This document shows, in pieces, positions 54,437 to 64,000 of a stretch of DNA of 64,000 nt (positions are counted from its first letter, which is position 1; every line of letters begins with the position of its first letter). The notes under the pieces are model-generated. The model did not search any database, was not told the DNA's origin, and saw nothing but the letters and a program-made list of their open reading frames with translations. A program made the translations under genes and the position numbers. The stretch comes from Ascidiella aspersa. Taxonomy: Eukaryota. The stretch covers positions 26,040,001 to 26,104,000 of the forward strand of contig OZ004609.1 of the NCBI GenBank assembly GCA_963924565.1. Direction: 5' to 3'.

Positions 54437-56229
54437 TGTTTACAATAATTTCGTTTAACTTTGAATCATATGCATAGGCCTACAGTTGTGCTCAATATAA
54501 CAAATATCATGGGTGTAAAACCAGTGAAACATGTACAGTGGCATACATCTGCGTATGTGTCTTAACAACGTGATCTAGCCTTTCTGAAGCTGTTTTAAAA
54601 AACGATTACGGGAAGCGATTAGGTTACCAAAAGTAGAACTGTGGTGACAAATAAAAACGCTTTATACGGACGAAAGCATTTTGTAAAAGTAATTGATTTT
54701 TTTAATTAATTATTGCAAATCATGTTGTTCAAAATAATCTAAAGTTACTATTGATAAAGGCTTAACCACGGCCATGGCCCCCGCCAAACTAAAAAATATG
54801 TACATTTTTGTTACTTAATAGGCAGCTTATTTTCGCGTTTCCCTAGGTAGTATGGTCTATTTTCGCCAAAATAAGACATATTTTTAAGCTTTGTAGTGGT
54901 GTACGAGCTTATGGCGCCATATAATGAATATTTCAAAAAAATGGTAAAATTCGTTTCGCGCACTCGCGCAAAGCGGTGTTTTTCAGATTTGCAGAGACGG
55001 CTTAAGTGACCGTACGCTAACCTCGACTATATAATAACTAACTTATATCCAAGTTCAATTAAAAGCTTTTTTGTTGTTAATGCAAATCTGTATCAGAACC
55101 AGCCTGCCAATATACTTCATCCGGCCCGCCGCCTCTTTGACAAATTAGACACGAGTCCATTTTAAATACTTTTTGACTATTTTAAGTGTGTAAATGCAAA
55201 AAATTTTCGCGCTTTGCGCTAATGATCTTTATACATCCAGTGTGTTTACGTTTTGATGCTCTTTTTGAACTAGATCAGCGCTTCTTTACTGTTGCGCCGT
55301 GGAAAGCTGCCAAGTGCGTCGCGGACAAACGAAAAACGTATTCAAACATAATCGACAAATATTTTTTAACCATTTTTTTTTAAATGTAACAAAAACAAGA
55401 AATTTAAAAGAAATACCGGTATACCAAAAAAATCGCGCTCGCTTCGCTCGCCAGGTGTGCCCCAAATGGTTAACAAACACTAAAATAGATTAACTAATCG
55501 CGTTAAAATTTATCGCGTTTTCTCAAAGTAGTTTTATTACACGTTTTTAATAGTAGTAGGGGGATGGCGACGTGTGGACTCGAATTTTAAACCAAGTATA
55601 CGCTTTTTTAGCGAATTTGCGCCAAGACTTTACTGCCTCCTTAAAAGTAATTATAAACACGTTTTTAAAGTGCAAAAAAATCCGAGGCCCACCTGATTAA
55701 CATTTGTTATAAAGCTGTAATAACATAAAATCTCATTTAACATATGTTGTGCGGCCCGCAGAGACCTTTCTGAGTTTGCTTTTGGCCCGCGACTATACTA
55801 CACAAAGGTTGCCGACCCTTGTGTAAGGATTTTAATAACCTATCCAATGTTAGGATTAACTCTGCATAGAGTTTTGCTCATTTCAGCAACCTTATTTGGC
55901 AAAAACCAACTACAGTAACTTAAAAATTGAGAGAAGTGTCATGAAAAAACCACAGCTGACCGCAGCAGACAGCGCTATGGTTTTATTGCGACGTGGCCTC
56001 GGCGCTTTTTCGGTGGCATGTGCGGTTGCTCTCGCCTTTTCGGGAAAAAGCAAGATGTATAGATAATAGACATGGCAGCGTCTTTCAGCGATATTCTTCA
56101 TACCGGATCAAACTAGGAAACCGGCCCACTGTAGAGGCTAACCTTATTACTTTTTCGTGCTTTCAAAAGGTCTGTTTTTCGCGTTATTTTGCAGGAGTTA
56201 GTTTATTCGGCCAGCCGATGTTATTTTTA

Positions 56230-56349
56230 CCTAAATTATGACGTCACGCAATGGTATACTTTTGTGACGTCATATCTGAAAAAATTGTGACGTCATATCT
56301 GAAAAAAAAGCATGGCCCTCCCCAAACTAAAATCCTAGATCCGCGCCTG
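56230..56349. mobile_element. Probable DNA-transposon end carrying three TGACGTCA palindromes
   Basis: Ends in a TIR-like CTAGATCCGCGCCTG and contains a direct repeat of TGTGACGTCATATCTGAAAAAA. Confidence 0.4.
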
Positions 56350-57840
56350 GTCACGACGCTAGTATATTTGTCACATACAAAGTTTTCAAATCTATTGGGT
56401 ATGGGCCAACATTTCTTTAATTCTTATTCAACGTAGCGAAAACTGTAATTTCAATTGTACCGGTATTTACCTGACGCTATGTTTATGTTAAAGTTCGTAA
56501 AGTATTTATACTCAGTTAACATGCAGTAAAACGCATATAGGCCTACGTTGATTAAGTTATAGGAAGATTGACATAAATTTTGAAAAAGTTATGTAGCACA
56601 TTTTTGAGCGTTTCCTCGTTTCGGAAATCATGTAGCTTGCATTTTTGATTGTGATTGGAACTTGCATAGGGCTAACAATAAAATCTTATAAGAAAAAAAC
56701 AAAACAAATTCAAACGTAGAAATTTATACACACCTAGCTAGTGTGGAAATTAGTAATTAATCGACTAAGGTTGCAGTGTTTGTTAATTTTGTAACGATTT
56801 TTGGGCATTATGTAAATGTAAACAATTTTTAATTGAAATAATTTTGACAAATTTTGACCTAGCGTGTAAACTAAATTTTGACAAAATTTTGAATGTCAAA
56901 AAATAATCGCCCTAGTAGAAAAGAGCAAGAGCAAACGGTCTCCAAAATGACCATATCCCGTAAAACGTTTTTAAAAATAACCGTTTATCGACTACAACAC
57001 CGAAAAGCGCTTGATACAGGAAAATAATTATGTAGCGTTAATTTATGTTATTTGTTTACAAACATGTGTTTGCGTGGTCTTAGTTTTGTTGACAAATTTT
57101 ATTCATGATCCCACTAATGCGCGCAAGACCTAAGAAGTAAAGTTTACTGCTGTTTACTAATTATGTGGCCTAGGTTGTTGTGTTAAATTAAATATATGTA
57201 ATAGCCGGTGTAACTTAACACACCTCATCCATACCCCGGCAATTGAAAAAAAAAATTGGGAAGAAAAATAAAATCACTCATAAAGTGCACAAGTGAAATA
57301 TATTTTTTAAGGGTCCAAAAATTAGTTTAAAGTCCAAAAATGTGCTTTATAAGGTTGTTTTATAAAACAGTATATATAATAAGCGATCGAAAAATGTTTA
57401 TTTAAATTTAACAAAGTGATGACAATCGTTTTTATTTTAATTTGATTTCAGAATGTTCCTGAAAATTGCGTCATGTAAAAATCCGGACTCACGTTGCCAG
57501 AGGTCGGTTGCTAGCACAGGAAGAGCACATGGGTTAATGCCTTCAGTCGGAGTCATGCATGTTTCATATACGTTATTGGCGCAGTGTAATTATGCCATAA
57601 ATTTCATCATTAGTATTGTTAGACAAGTATCAACAAACTACCATTTTTTTAGATTGACATTTGTGTTAAGTTCGCCGAAGTTTTTGCACACGTGTAACTG
57701 ATTGCCGATTCATCATAATTTACGGTAGCTTTAAATCCGTTAATATATCGATTTTTCCCACACTAATTGTGTTGAACAAATTAGAGATTTAATTTTTAAA
57801 ACAACACATACTTTGGCGCTGATCTAGAAGGCTACCACGA

Positions 57841-57920
57841 GTTCGAATAATTATTAAATTACCGCATATTATTTGAGTTAAGGTGCGCGTTCATAGGTTT
57901 AGGTGGGTCAAGTATTATTA
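57841..57920 (+). mobile_element. Fragment of the same foldback family upstream of HSPA9
   Basis: TAATTATTAAATTACCGCATATTATTTGAGTTAAGG...GGGTCAAGTATT matches about 62851-62930. Confidence 0.7.
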
Positions 57921-58256
57921 TATTTATTCTTCCAGTTTCCAATTTACATTTTTACAACTGGTTTCGCTACTGTACCTAAAAAAGTGGTAGAATTCTAGAC
58001 CAACGCCCATACTTTTAGAAATAAAATCCAATTATGCAACCTCAACCAGAATGTTTGCTGAAAGCTGCAAACAAAAGCAACAAACATGTGGACCGCAACA
58101 TATCCTGTCATATTTATCAATAAAATAACATCTTAACCAGGTGCAAATGAATGTTAAGATGATTAAGGTATTCTCTCAATTGTAACCTTTAAATTTCAGA
58201 CATATTGTGTTGTAGTTTTCCTTTTTAATATTAAATTTATAATAAACAAAAACAAA

Positions 58257-60344
58257 ATGTTGTCCAGTGCAAGTCGCTCGTTTTTCCACCATCAGAAAAG
58301 AATATGCCAAAGTTTTCTGAAGAGAAATTCCCATATCAAAGCGGCCAATCTTCAAAAAAACACTAATCTTACCTCAATGTGTAATCGTCTCTGCAACACC
58401 AGATCCTACGCGTCAGATGCAATTCGGGGCGCAGTCATTGGTATCGATTTGGGAACCACCAATTCCTGTGTCGCTGTTATGGAAGGAAAACAGGCCAAGG
58501 TTTTGGAAAATGCCGAAGGATCCAGAACCACCCCATCCATTATTGCTTTTACAGATGAAGGTGAAAGATTGGCTGGAACCCCAGCGAGACGTCAAGCTGT
58601 TACAAATCCTGAAAACACTTTCTATGCGACCAAGCGCTTAATCGGACGAAGATTTGAGGATCCAGAAATTCAAAAGGAACTGAAAACATCCACTTTTAAG
58701 ATTATAAAGGCTTCGAATGGCGATGCTTGGGTTGAGGGAAGCGATGGCAAAAGGTACTCGCCATCACAAATTGGTGCATTTGTGCTAACTAAGATGAAGG
58801 AAACAGCTGAAAGCTACCTTAACCAACCCGTAAAAAATGCTGTGATCACAGTACCTGCTTATTTTAATGACTCTCAGCGCCAAGCCACAAAAGACGCAGG
58901 ACAAATTTCGGGCCTTAATGTTCTTCGTGTCATTAATGAGCCCACTGCTGCTGCTCTTGCCTATGGCTTGGACAAGACCGATGACAAAATCATTGCTGTG
59001 TATGATTTGGGTGGCGGAACCTTTGATGTTTCACTTCTTGAAATTCAAAAGGGAGTGTTCGAAGTAAAATCCACAAATGGGGACACTTTGCTTGGTGGTG
59101 AAGACTTTGATAACACACTTGTGGCCTTCCTTGTAAAGCAGTTCTTAAAGGATCAAGGAATTGACTTAAAGAAAGACAAGCGTGCCATGCAAAGAGTAAA
59201 AGAAGAAGCGGAAAAGGCTAAAATGGAACTCTCATCTTCACTTCAAACCGAAATCAATCTGCCTTATCTTACAATGGATGCGAGTGGCCCCAAACATATG
59301 AACATAAAAATGTCTAGGTCTCAGCTGGAGCAACTTGTTGGCGATCTTATCAAACGCACGATTAAGCCTTGCGAAAAGGCAATTCAAGATGCGGAGGTTT
59401 CAAAAAGTGACATTAGCGAAATCATTCTTGTTGGTGGTATGACCCGAATGCCAAAAGTACAGGAAACAGTGAAGAATGTATTTGGTAAAACCCCCACAAA
59501 GTCTGTTAATCCTGATGAAGCTGTTGCTATGGGCGCTGCCATCCAAGGTGGTGTGTTGGCTGGTAATGTTACAGATGTCCTCCTTCTTGACGTTACTCCA
59601 CTTTCCCTTGGTATCGAGACACTTGGTGGTGTGTTCACCAAACTTATTGAGAGAAACACCACAATTCCAACGAAAAAGGGTCAGGTTTTCAGTACAGCTG
59701 CCGATGGCCAAACCCAAGTCGAGATTAAAGTCCACCAGGGTGAGCGTGAAATGGCCTTGGACAACAAACTTCTTGGACAATTTCAATTGGTTGGAATTCC
59801 ACCTGCACCGCGTGGTGTTCCCCAGATTGAGGTTACTTTTGACATTGATGCCAATGGTATTGTGAACGTTTCCGCAAAGGACAAAGGTACTGGCCGTGAG
59901 CAGCAAATCGTCATTCAGTCGTCAGGCGGTCTTAGCAAGGATGAAATTGAAAACATGGTGAAGAAAGCAGAGGAGTATGCGGAAGAAGACAAAAAGCGCA
60001 AAGAAAAGGTAGAAATTGTAAATCAAGCCGAAAATGTTGTTCACGACACAGAAACAAAGATGGAAGAATTTAAGGATCAAATTCCCAAGGATGAGAGCGA
60101 AGCCATCAAGGGAGAAATCACCAATCTCCGAGAATTGTTAGCTGATAAAGACAATAAGGATGTGGAAGAAATCCGCCAAGCGTTTTCAAACGTCCAACAA
60201 AAGAGCTTGAAACTTTTCGAAATGGCCTACAAGAAGATGGCATCTGAGAAAGAGTCGTCTGGAGGTAGCTCTGAGACCAGCAACACTGAATCAAATGAAA
60301 ACAAAGATGATAATGATGATGATCAGAAGAAACAGAAGCAATAA
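58257..60344 (+). CDS. HSPA9: Mitochondrial Hsp70 (mortalin/GRP75), intronless CDS, 695 aa
   Basis: R/S-rich mitochondrial presequence ending RSY-AS, then [36 protein letters not shown] and [16 protein letters not shown] (mitochondrial/DnaK type). No EEVD or KDEL tail. Confidence 0.98.
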   Translation: MLSSASRSFFHHQKRICQSFLKRNSHIKAANLQKNTNLTSMCNRLCNTRSYASDAIRGAVIGIDLGTTNSCVAVMEGKQAKVLENAEGSRTTPSIIAFTDEGERLAGTPARRQAVTNPENTFYATKRLIGRRFEDPEIQKELKTSTFKIIKASNGDAWVEGSDGKRYSPSQIGAFVLTKMKETAESYLNQPVKNAVITVPAYFNDSQRQATKDAGQISGLNVLRVINEPTAAALAYGLDKTDDKIIAVYDLGGGTFDVSLLEIQKGVFEVKSTNGDTLLGGEDFDNTLVAFLVKQFLKDQGIDLKKDKRAMQRVKEEAEKAKMELSSSLQTEINLPYLTMDASGPKHMNIKMSRSQLEQLVGDLIKRTIKPCEKAIQDAEVSKSDISEIILVGGMTRMPKVQETVKNVFGKTPTKSVNPDEAVAMGAAIQGGVLAGNVTDVLLLDVTPLSLGIETLGGVFTKLIERNTTIPTKKGQVFSTAADGQTQVEIKVHQGEREMALDNKLLGQFQLVGIPPAPRGVPQIEVTFDIDANGIVNVSAKDKGTGREQQIVIQSSGGLSKDEIENMVKKAEEYAEEDKKRKEKVEIVNQAENVVHDTETKMEEFKDQIPKDESEAIKGEITNLRELLADKDNKDVEEIRQAFSNVQQKSLKLFEMAYKKMASEKESSGGSSETSNTESNENKDDNDDDQKKQKQ

Positions 60345-60851
60345 ATTGCCAGCAGATAAATACAAACTTGACTTTCCAGAGTCAAATACCACAATAATAT
60401 CCTGGTAGAAATCATGCCAAGAGGATATGAAAGCCAATTAATATACATATAGATTTTTGTTTTTGTTATGTCTGCACATGTGTTAAACTGTAATATTAGA
60501 TTAACTGGTAATTTTTCTGCTGTGTGCAAACTAGTTAATGCAAATTTCTGTTCTTGTTATTGTTAAAGCATTTCGTTAAAAATTATTGCATTGAACAGTA
60601 ATTCTAAACAACCAACAATATGTACAATTTGTTAGTGCTTTTTGGACTGTGTTTGTCAACTAAATGACAAGGAGTGCAAATTAAAACAATGCTGTTATAT
60701 TATTTGTATAGCGACCTATACAAGTTAAAATTGTGGACTGTATTTATTGTGCCTGTTTATTTCAGATGGTAGGACCTGTCAGTGTGACAGTGTAACAACA
60801 TAGCCAGTGCAGCTCTTAATTAACTTGGGCTATAAACCTAAAACTGGTAAA

Positions 60852-63564
60852 ATGCACAAGCATTTTAATATTGAAGTTTATTCTGTTGAAACTAATGAGG
60901 TATTCCCAATTAGTGGGGTATCCAGTTCCACAAAGATTGGAGATTTAAAAGTCCGACTTGAACTGATTGCAGGGATTCCAACACATTTACAGAGAATTAT
61001 GTACCTTGACCAAGGTAATATTGAATTCATCAAGTGCTAGGGTTTTGTGACAATGCTAAAATTTGTTAAATGTTACAGACTCTGTTAACTATATTGTAAT
61101 TATACACAAAAAAAGAAAACTGTTAAAGTTTTTTTGAAGTAACAGTGTAAAATAAAGGTAGTTTAAATTATATACTAAAAGCGACACAAAGTGAGCATGT
61201 CCTGTAAGAACAACAAATAACCTGTAACATGGATTAATGTTAACCCTTTGCATTTTTCATGATTATATACTTGAAAACATTGGGTAATTTTTTTACAACT
61301 TGTAACAAACTGAGATAGCAGGCCAATCACATGTTTTAGGGAACACAGAATAAGACCTGAAGCAGAAAAATCTATAAAACCACAGTATTTAAAAGAATGA
61401 CATAACAAAGCTGAATACGCCATAATACCTGCAACAGAATAAGTTCTACATTTATCGGAATAAAGCCTAATAGGTCAAAATAAGCCTCAAACTGTAGGGA
61501 GAGGGTATGGGACAATTGGGGACATGGGTCGGGCATCGGCTGTTATGGAGTCGATGCTTGGGCGCCCTAGTTTGAATGGCGCCGCTGTTTTGGCATCATA
61601 TTTTTTCGGGTTATTGATGGGTAATGGGTGGGGTTAGAAAATGGGTTAGATTTAGATAGATAGATGTTTTATTTGCATGTTTTGTAGTGATTTTGGAAAA
61701 CAAATACAAAGAAATGAAATAAAATAAACGTACAGGGTGACATAAGACCCGAAGGTCACCAAGTCAGCCACCCCGTTAGCATTGAAATTATTAAAGAAGT
61801 TGCGAGTTAGTGATGTACTTAGGGGTGGGGTTCGGGTCTAGCTAAAATGTAATATAGGCCTGATTCTGGCCATTTAGGTGGTATTTGGACAGGTTAAGGT
61901 CGTTTTTTTTGAATTACTACTATTAGGTATTAGTGCTATTTTGGTCTTATTCGGAAGTGTGTTTTATTCCGATATTGATGTTGTTTATTTTTTTGGTCTT
62001 ACGTCTGGAGTCAATGTTTTATTGTCAACATATATAATTTTAGTTGTACATTTTTCACTACCCAGTTCCCACTATAAATGAAAATGAATTTAGATGCAAA
62101 AACTACAAAAGTGTATCTGCGCTTTTAACATCGACCACATGTATTATACTGGCTTTATTTGGTTTGAAATACATATATGATGTAGGATTGAATTTAACAA
62201 TTATATCATCCTAGGGTGACCACAAAGGGTTAAAAGTCCTGTTTATTTACCTCAATTATTTTACAAAATAGTAGCAATCATACAAGAAATATATACAGTT
62301 TGTGCAATTTTTAAGTTAGAATATTAAACAGTTCTGTTGTTTTAGGTGATATGGAAGACAGCAGTACATTCAGGCACCATGATGTAGTAACTGGGGCACG
62401 TTTAACCTTAAATATTTGGAAGTCCTGGGCCTCGCTTATACGTGCTTGTGCCAGAGGCAACATTTCAGATGTAAGCAATTCCAACAAAAAATGTGCATTA
62501 TTTCACCCGATCCGTTAGAAATCAGTGCTTTTCTAAGCAAAAAGGTCTACGGCAATCAGGGCATCCAATGGCAGAAAAGTCTAGACTTTTAGACCTTGAG
62601 GTCCTGGCAATGCACTGATTTGGACCTTTAGGTAAACTTCCGGCGAAGATAAATTAAAAATATTCAATAAAAGTTCAGAAAATATGAGATAGGATTAATA
62701 ACACTTGACCCACCTAAACCCTAACCCAAATAATGTGCGTTATTTTTATAATTCTTTAAATGCTGGGGGAAAAAGCCCAAACTCGGATGGTTTCTCGTCC
62801 ATTGTATTTAAGATTATTACGTCACAAATTGAGGTATTGGGGCCTGAAGCGTTATAATTATTAAATTATCGCACATTATTTGGGTTAGGGCGCTGGTTAG
62901 CGTTTGGGTTTGGTTGGGTCAAGTATTGTTAAACTTAATCTACTTATGCACATTTGTTAATGCAAATTAGTGCATTGTCCAAGACCTCAAAGTCTAAAAG
63001 TCAGACTTTTTGATTCTTTGAATGCACTGATTGTCGTAGACCTTTTTGCTTAGAACTGCACTGATTTCTGACGGATGGGGTGATTATTTCTAAATAAGTA
63101 TATATTTTATATGTGCTACAGAGCTCTACCAAGCATAACTTGGTAACTGTGTGTCATAAAACATATTTTGAACAGACCCAACACAATTTGTTTTAATTTA
63201 TTTCAATTATCTTCTTTTTTTACTTTAAACAAAATTAAGATTAGATTTATAGTTAAAAGGGCCTGCAGTAAATTAGGTACAACTGGTAGGACTAAACTTT
63301 GGTAGAAATTAGTTGACACTTTTATGTCCTTAATAAATTGACAAGTGTAATATATAGGATTTGGTTTAATGTTTTAAAACTGTCCTTAATATGGCCAGGT
63401 CATGGAACTGGGAGTGACAGTTGACAGCAACTATCGAAATCCCAACATCAAACAAATGTTGCCAGAAGCAAAAAAGGAGTGTTTTCTATCCAGGGCAGCC
63501 ATTGCATTGTATGTTGCTGTGCATAGAGGCCACATTACGCTCATACAGGCTTTACTACAAACTG
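60852..63564 (+). CDS. ANKRD60: Ubiquitin-like + ankyrin repeat protein ANKRD60 (continues past the window)
   Basis: Exons 60852-61014, 62346-62470, 63399-63564 give LKVRLELIAGIPTHLQRIMYLDQG|DMEDSSTFRHHDVVTG...IW..W...|VMELGVTVDSNYRNPN...RAAIALYVAVHRGH, matching my recollection of the ANKRD60 Ubl-ankyrin sequence. Confidence 0.85.
62504..63082. mobile_element. Foldback/MITE element with long terminal inverted repeats
   Basis: Imperfect TIRs over 120 bp (CACCCGATCCGTTAGAAATCAGTGC...GCACTGATTTCTGACGGATGGGGTG), further internal inverted arms, and an exact 7-bp TSD ATTATTT (62497-62503 and 63083-63089). Confidence 0.9.
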
Positions 63565-64000
63565 GTAAGAACCAACTAATTCAAAAGCTTGCCAAGTCAT
63601 AAGCATTTTCCAGTTGATATGGCTGTGGTTAACTTGAATTTACAGTTCACATCAGTAGTTATTTAGTGCAGGATGGACTTAAGATTGCAACAAATAATTT
63701 CGTTTTTTGCTCTCCAAACACTATGAGGTCAAAACTCATTTGTATATATTTCCATAGTAATTATTTCTTTTGTTGAACTACGAAATATTTTACAACACCT
63801 TCAAACGGCCTGTGGATGAAAAAACTTGAATCGAACCCTAACTTAAGCTACCTATGATACCTATGGCTTGTCGGCCTCTGTTAAACACATTTCTGTTAGG
63901 TTCAAAATTTAGGCCCATAATACTTTAAAAATGTACTCTGCGAGTGTTGTTCAGCCGATTTTTCTTTTAATCAGTTTCTCTCAAAGGAAAATTAGAACCT

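Noticed and set aside
57988-58000. Heat-shock element upstream of HSPA9
   Set aside because: GAATTCTAGAC does not give three correctly spaced nGAAn units.
58413-59906. Antisense ORFs over HSPA9
   Set aside because: Shadow frames commonly seen opposite Hsp70 coding sequences.
15-63564. Flanking ankyrin genes as Sowah (the classical Irx-linked gene)
   Set aside because: One is an ankyrin-kinase and the other is ANKRD60 (Ubl-ankyrin). Neither has the Sowah architecture.

Overview
Eukaryotic, AT-rich, intron-containing DNA from a compact-genome animal, most likely an ascidian tunicate (inferred from small introns, gene density, candidate trans-splice acceptors and mosaic CpG depletion; not provable from the sequence alone). 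I built exon models by hand, checking GT-AG boundaries and phases. Six protein-coding genes are supported. (1) 5' part of a minus-strand ankyrin + helical/coiled-coil + IRE1/RNase L-like kinase gene running off the left edge. (2,3) A head-to-head pair of 20-exon paralogous secreted animal heme peroxidases, each fused C-terminally to three CILP/mucin-type WxxW (CysD-like) modules. (4) An Iroquois (Irx) TALE homeobox gene preceded by about 13 kb of gene-free DNA with GC/CpG-rich islands. (5) A mitochondrial Hsp70 (HSPA9) with an intronless CDS. (6) ANKRD60, immediately downstream in a probable trans-spliced operon and running off the right edge. There is also a young 5'-truncated LINE with a 10-bp TSD, several hAT-like/foldback MITEs, a tRNA-derived remnant and a local tandem duplication. 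The best candidate for an undescribed system is the divergent peroxidase-WxxW pair, whose members differ at heme-linking and integrin-motif positions. The RNase L-like ankyrin kinase is the second candidate.
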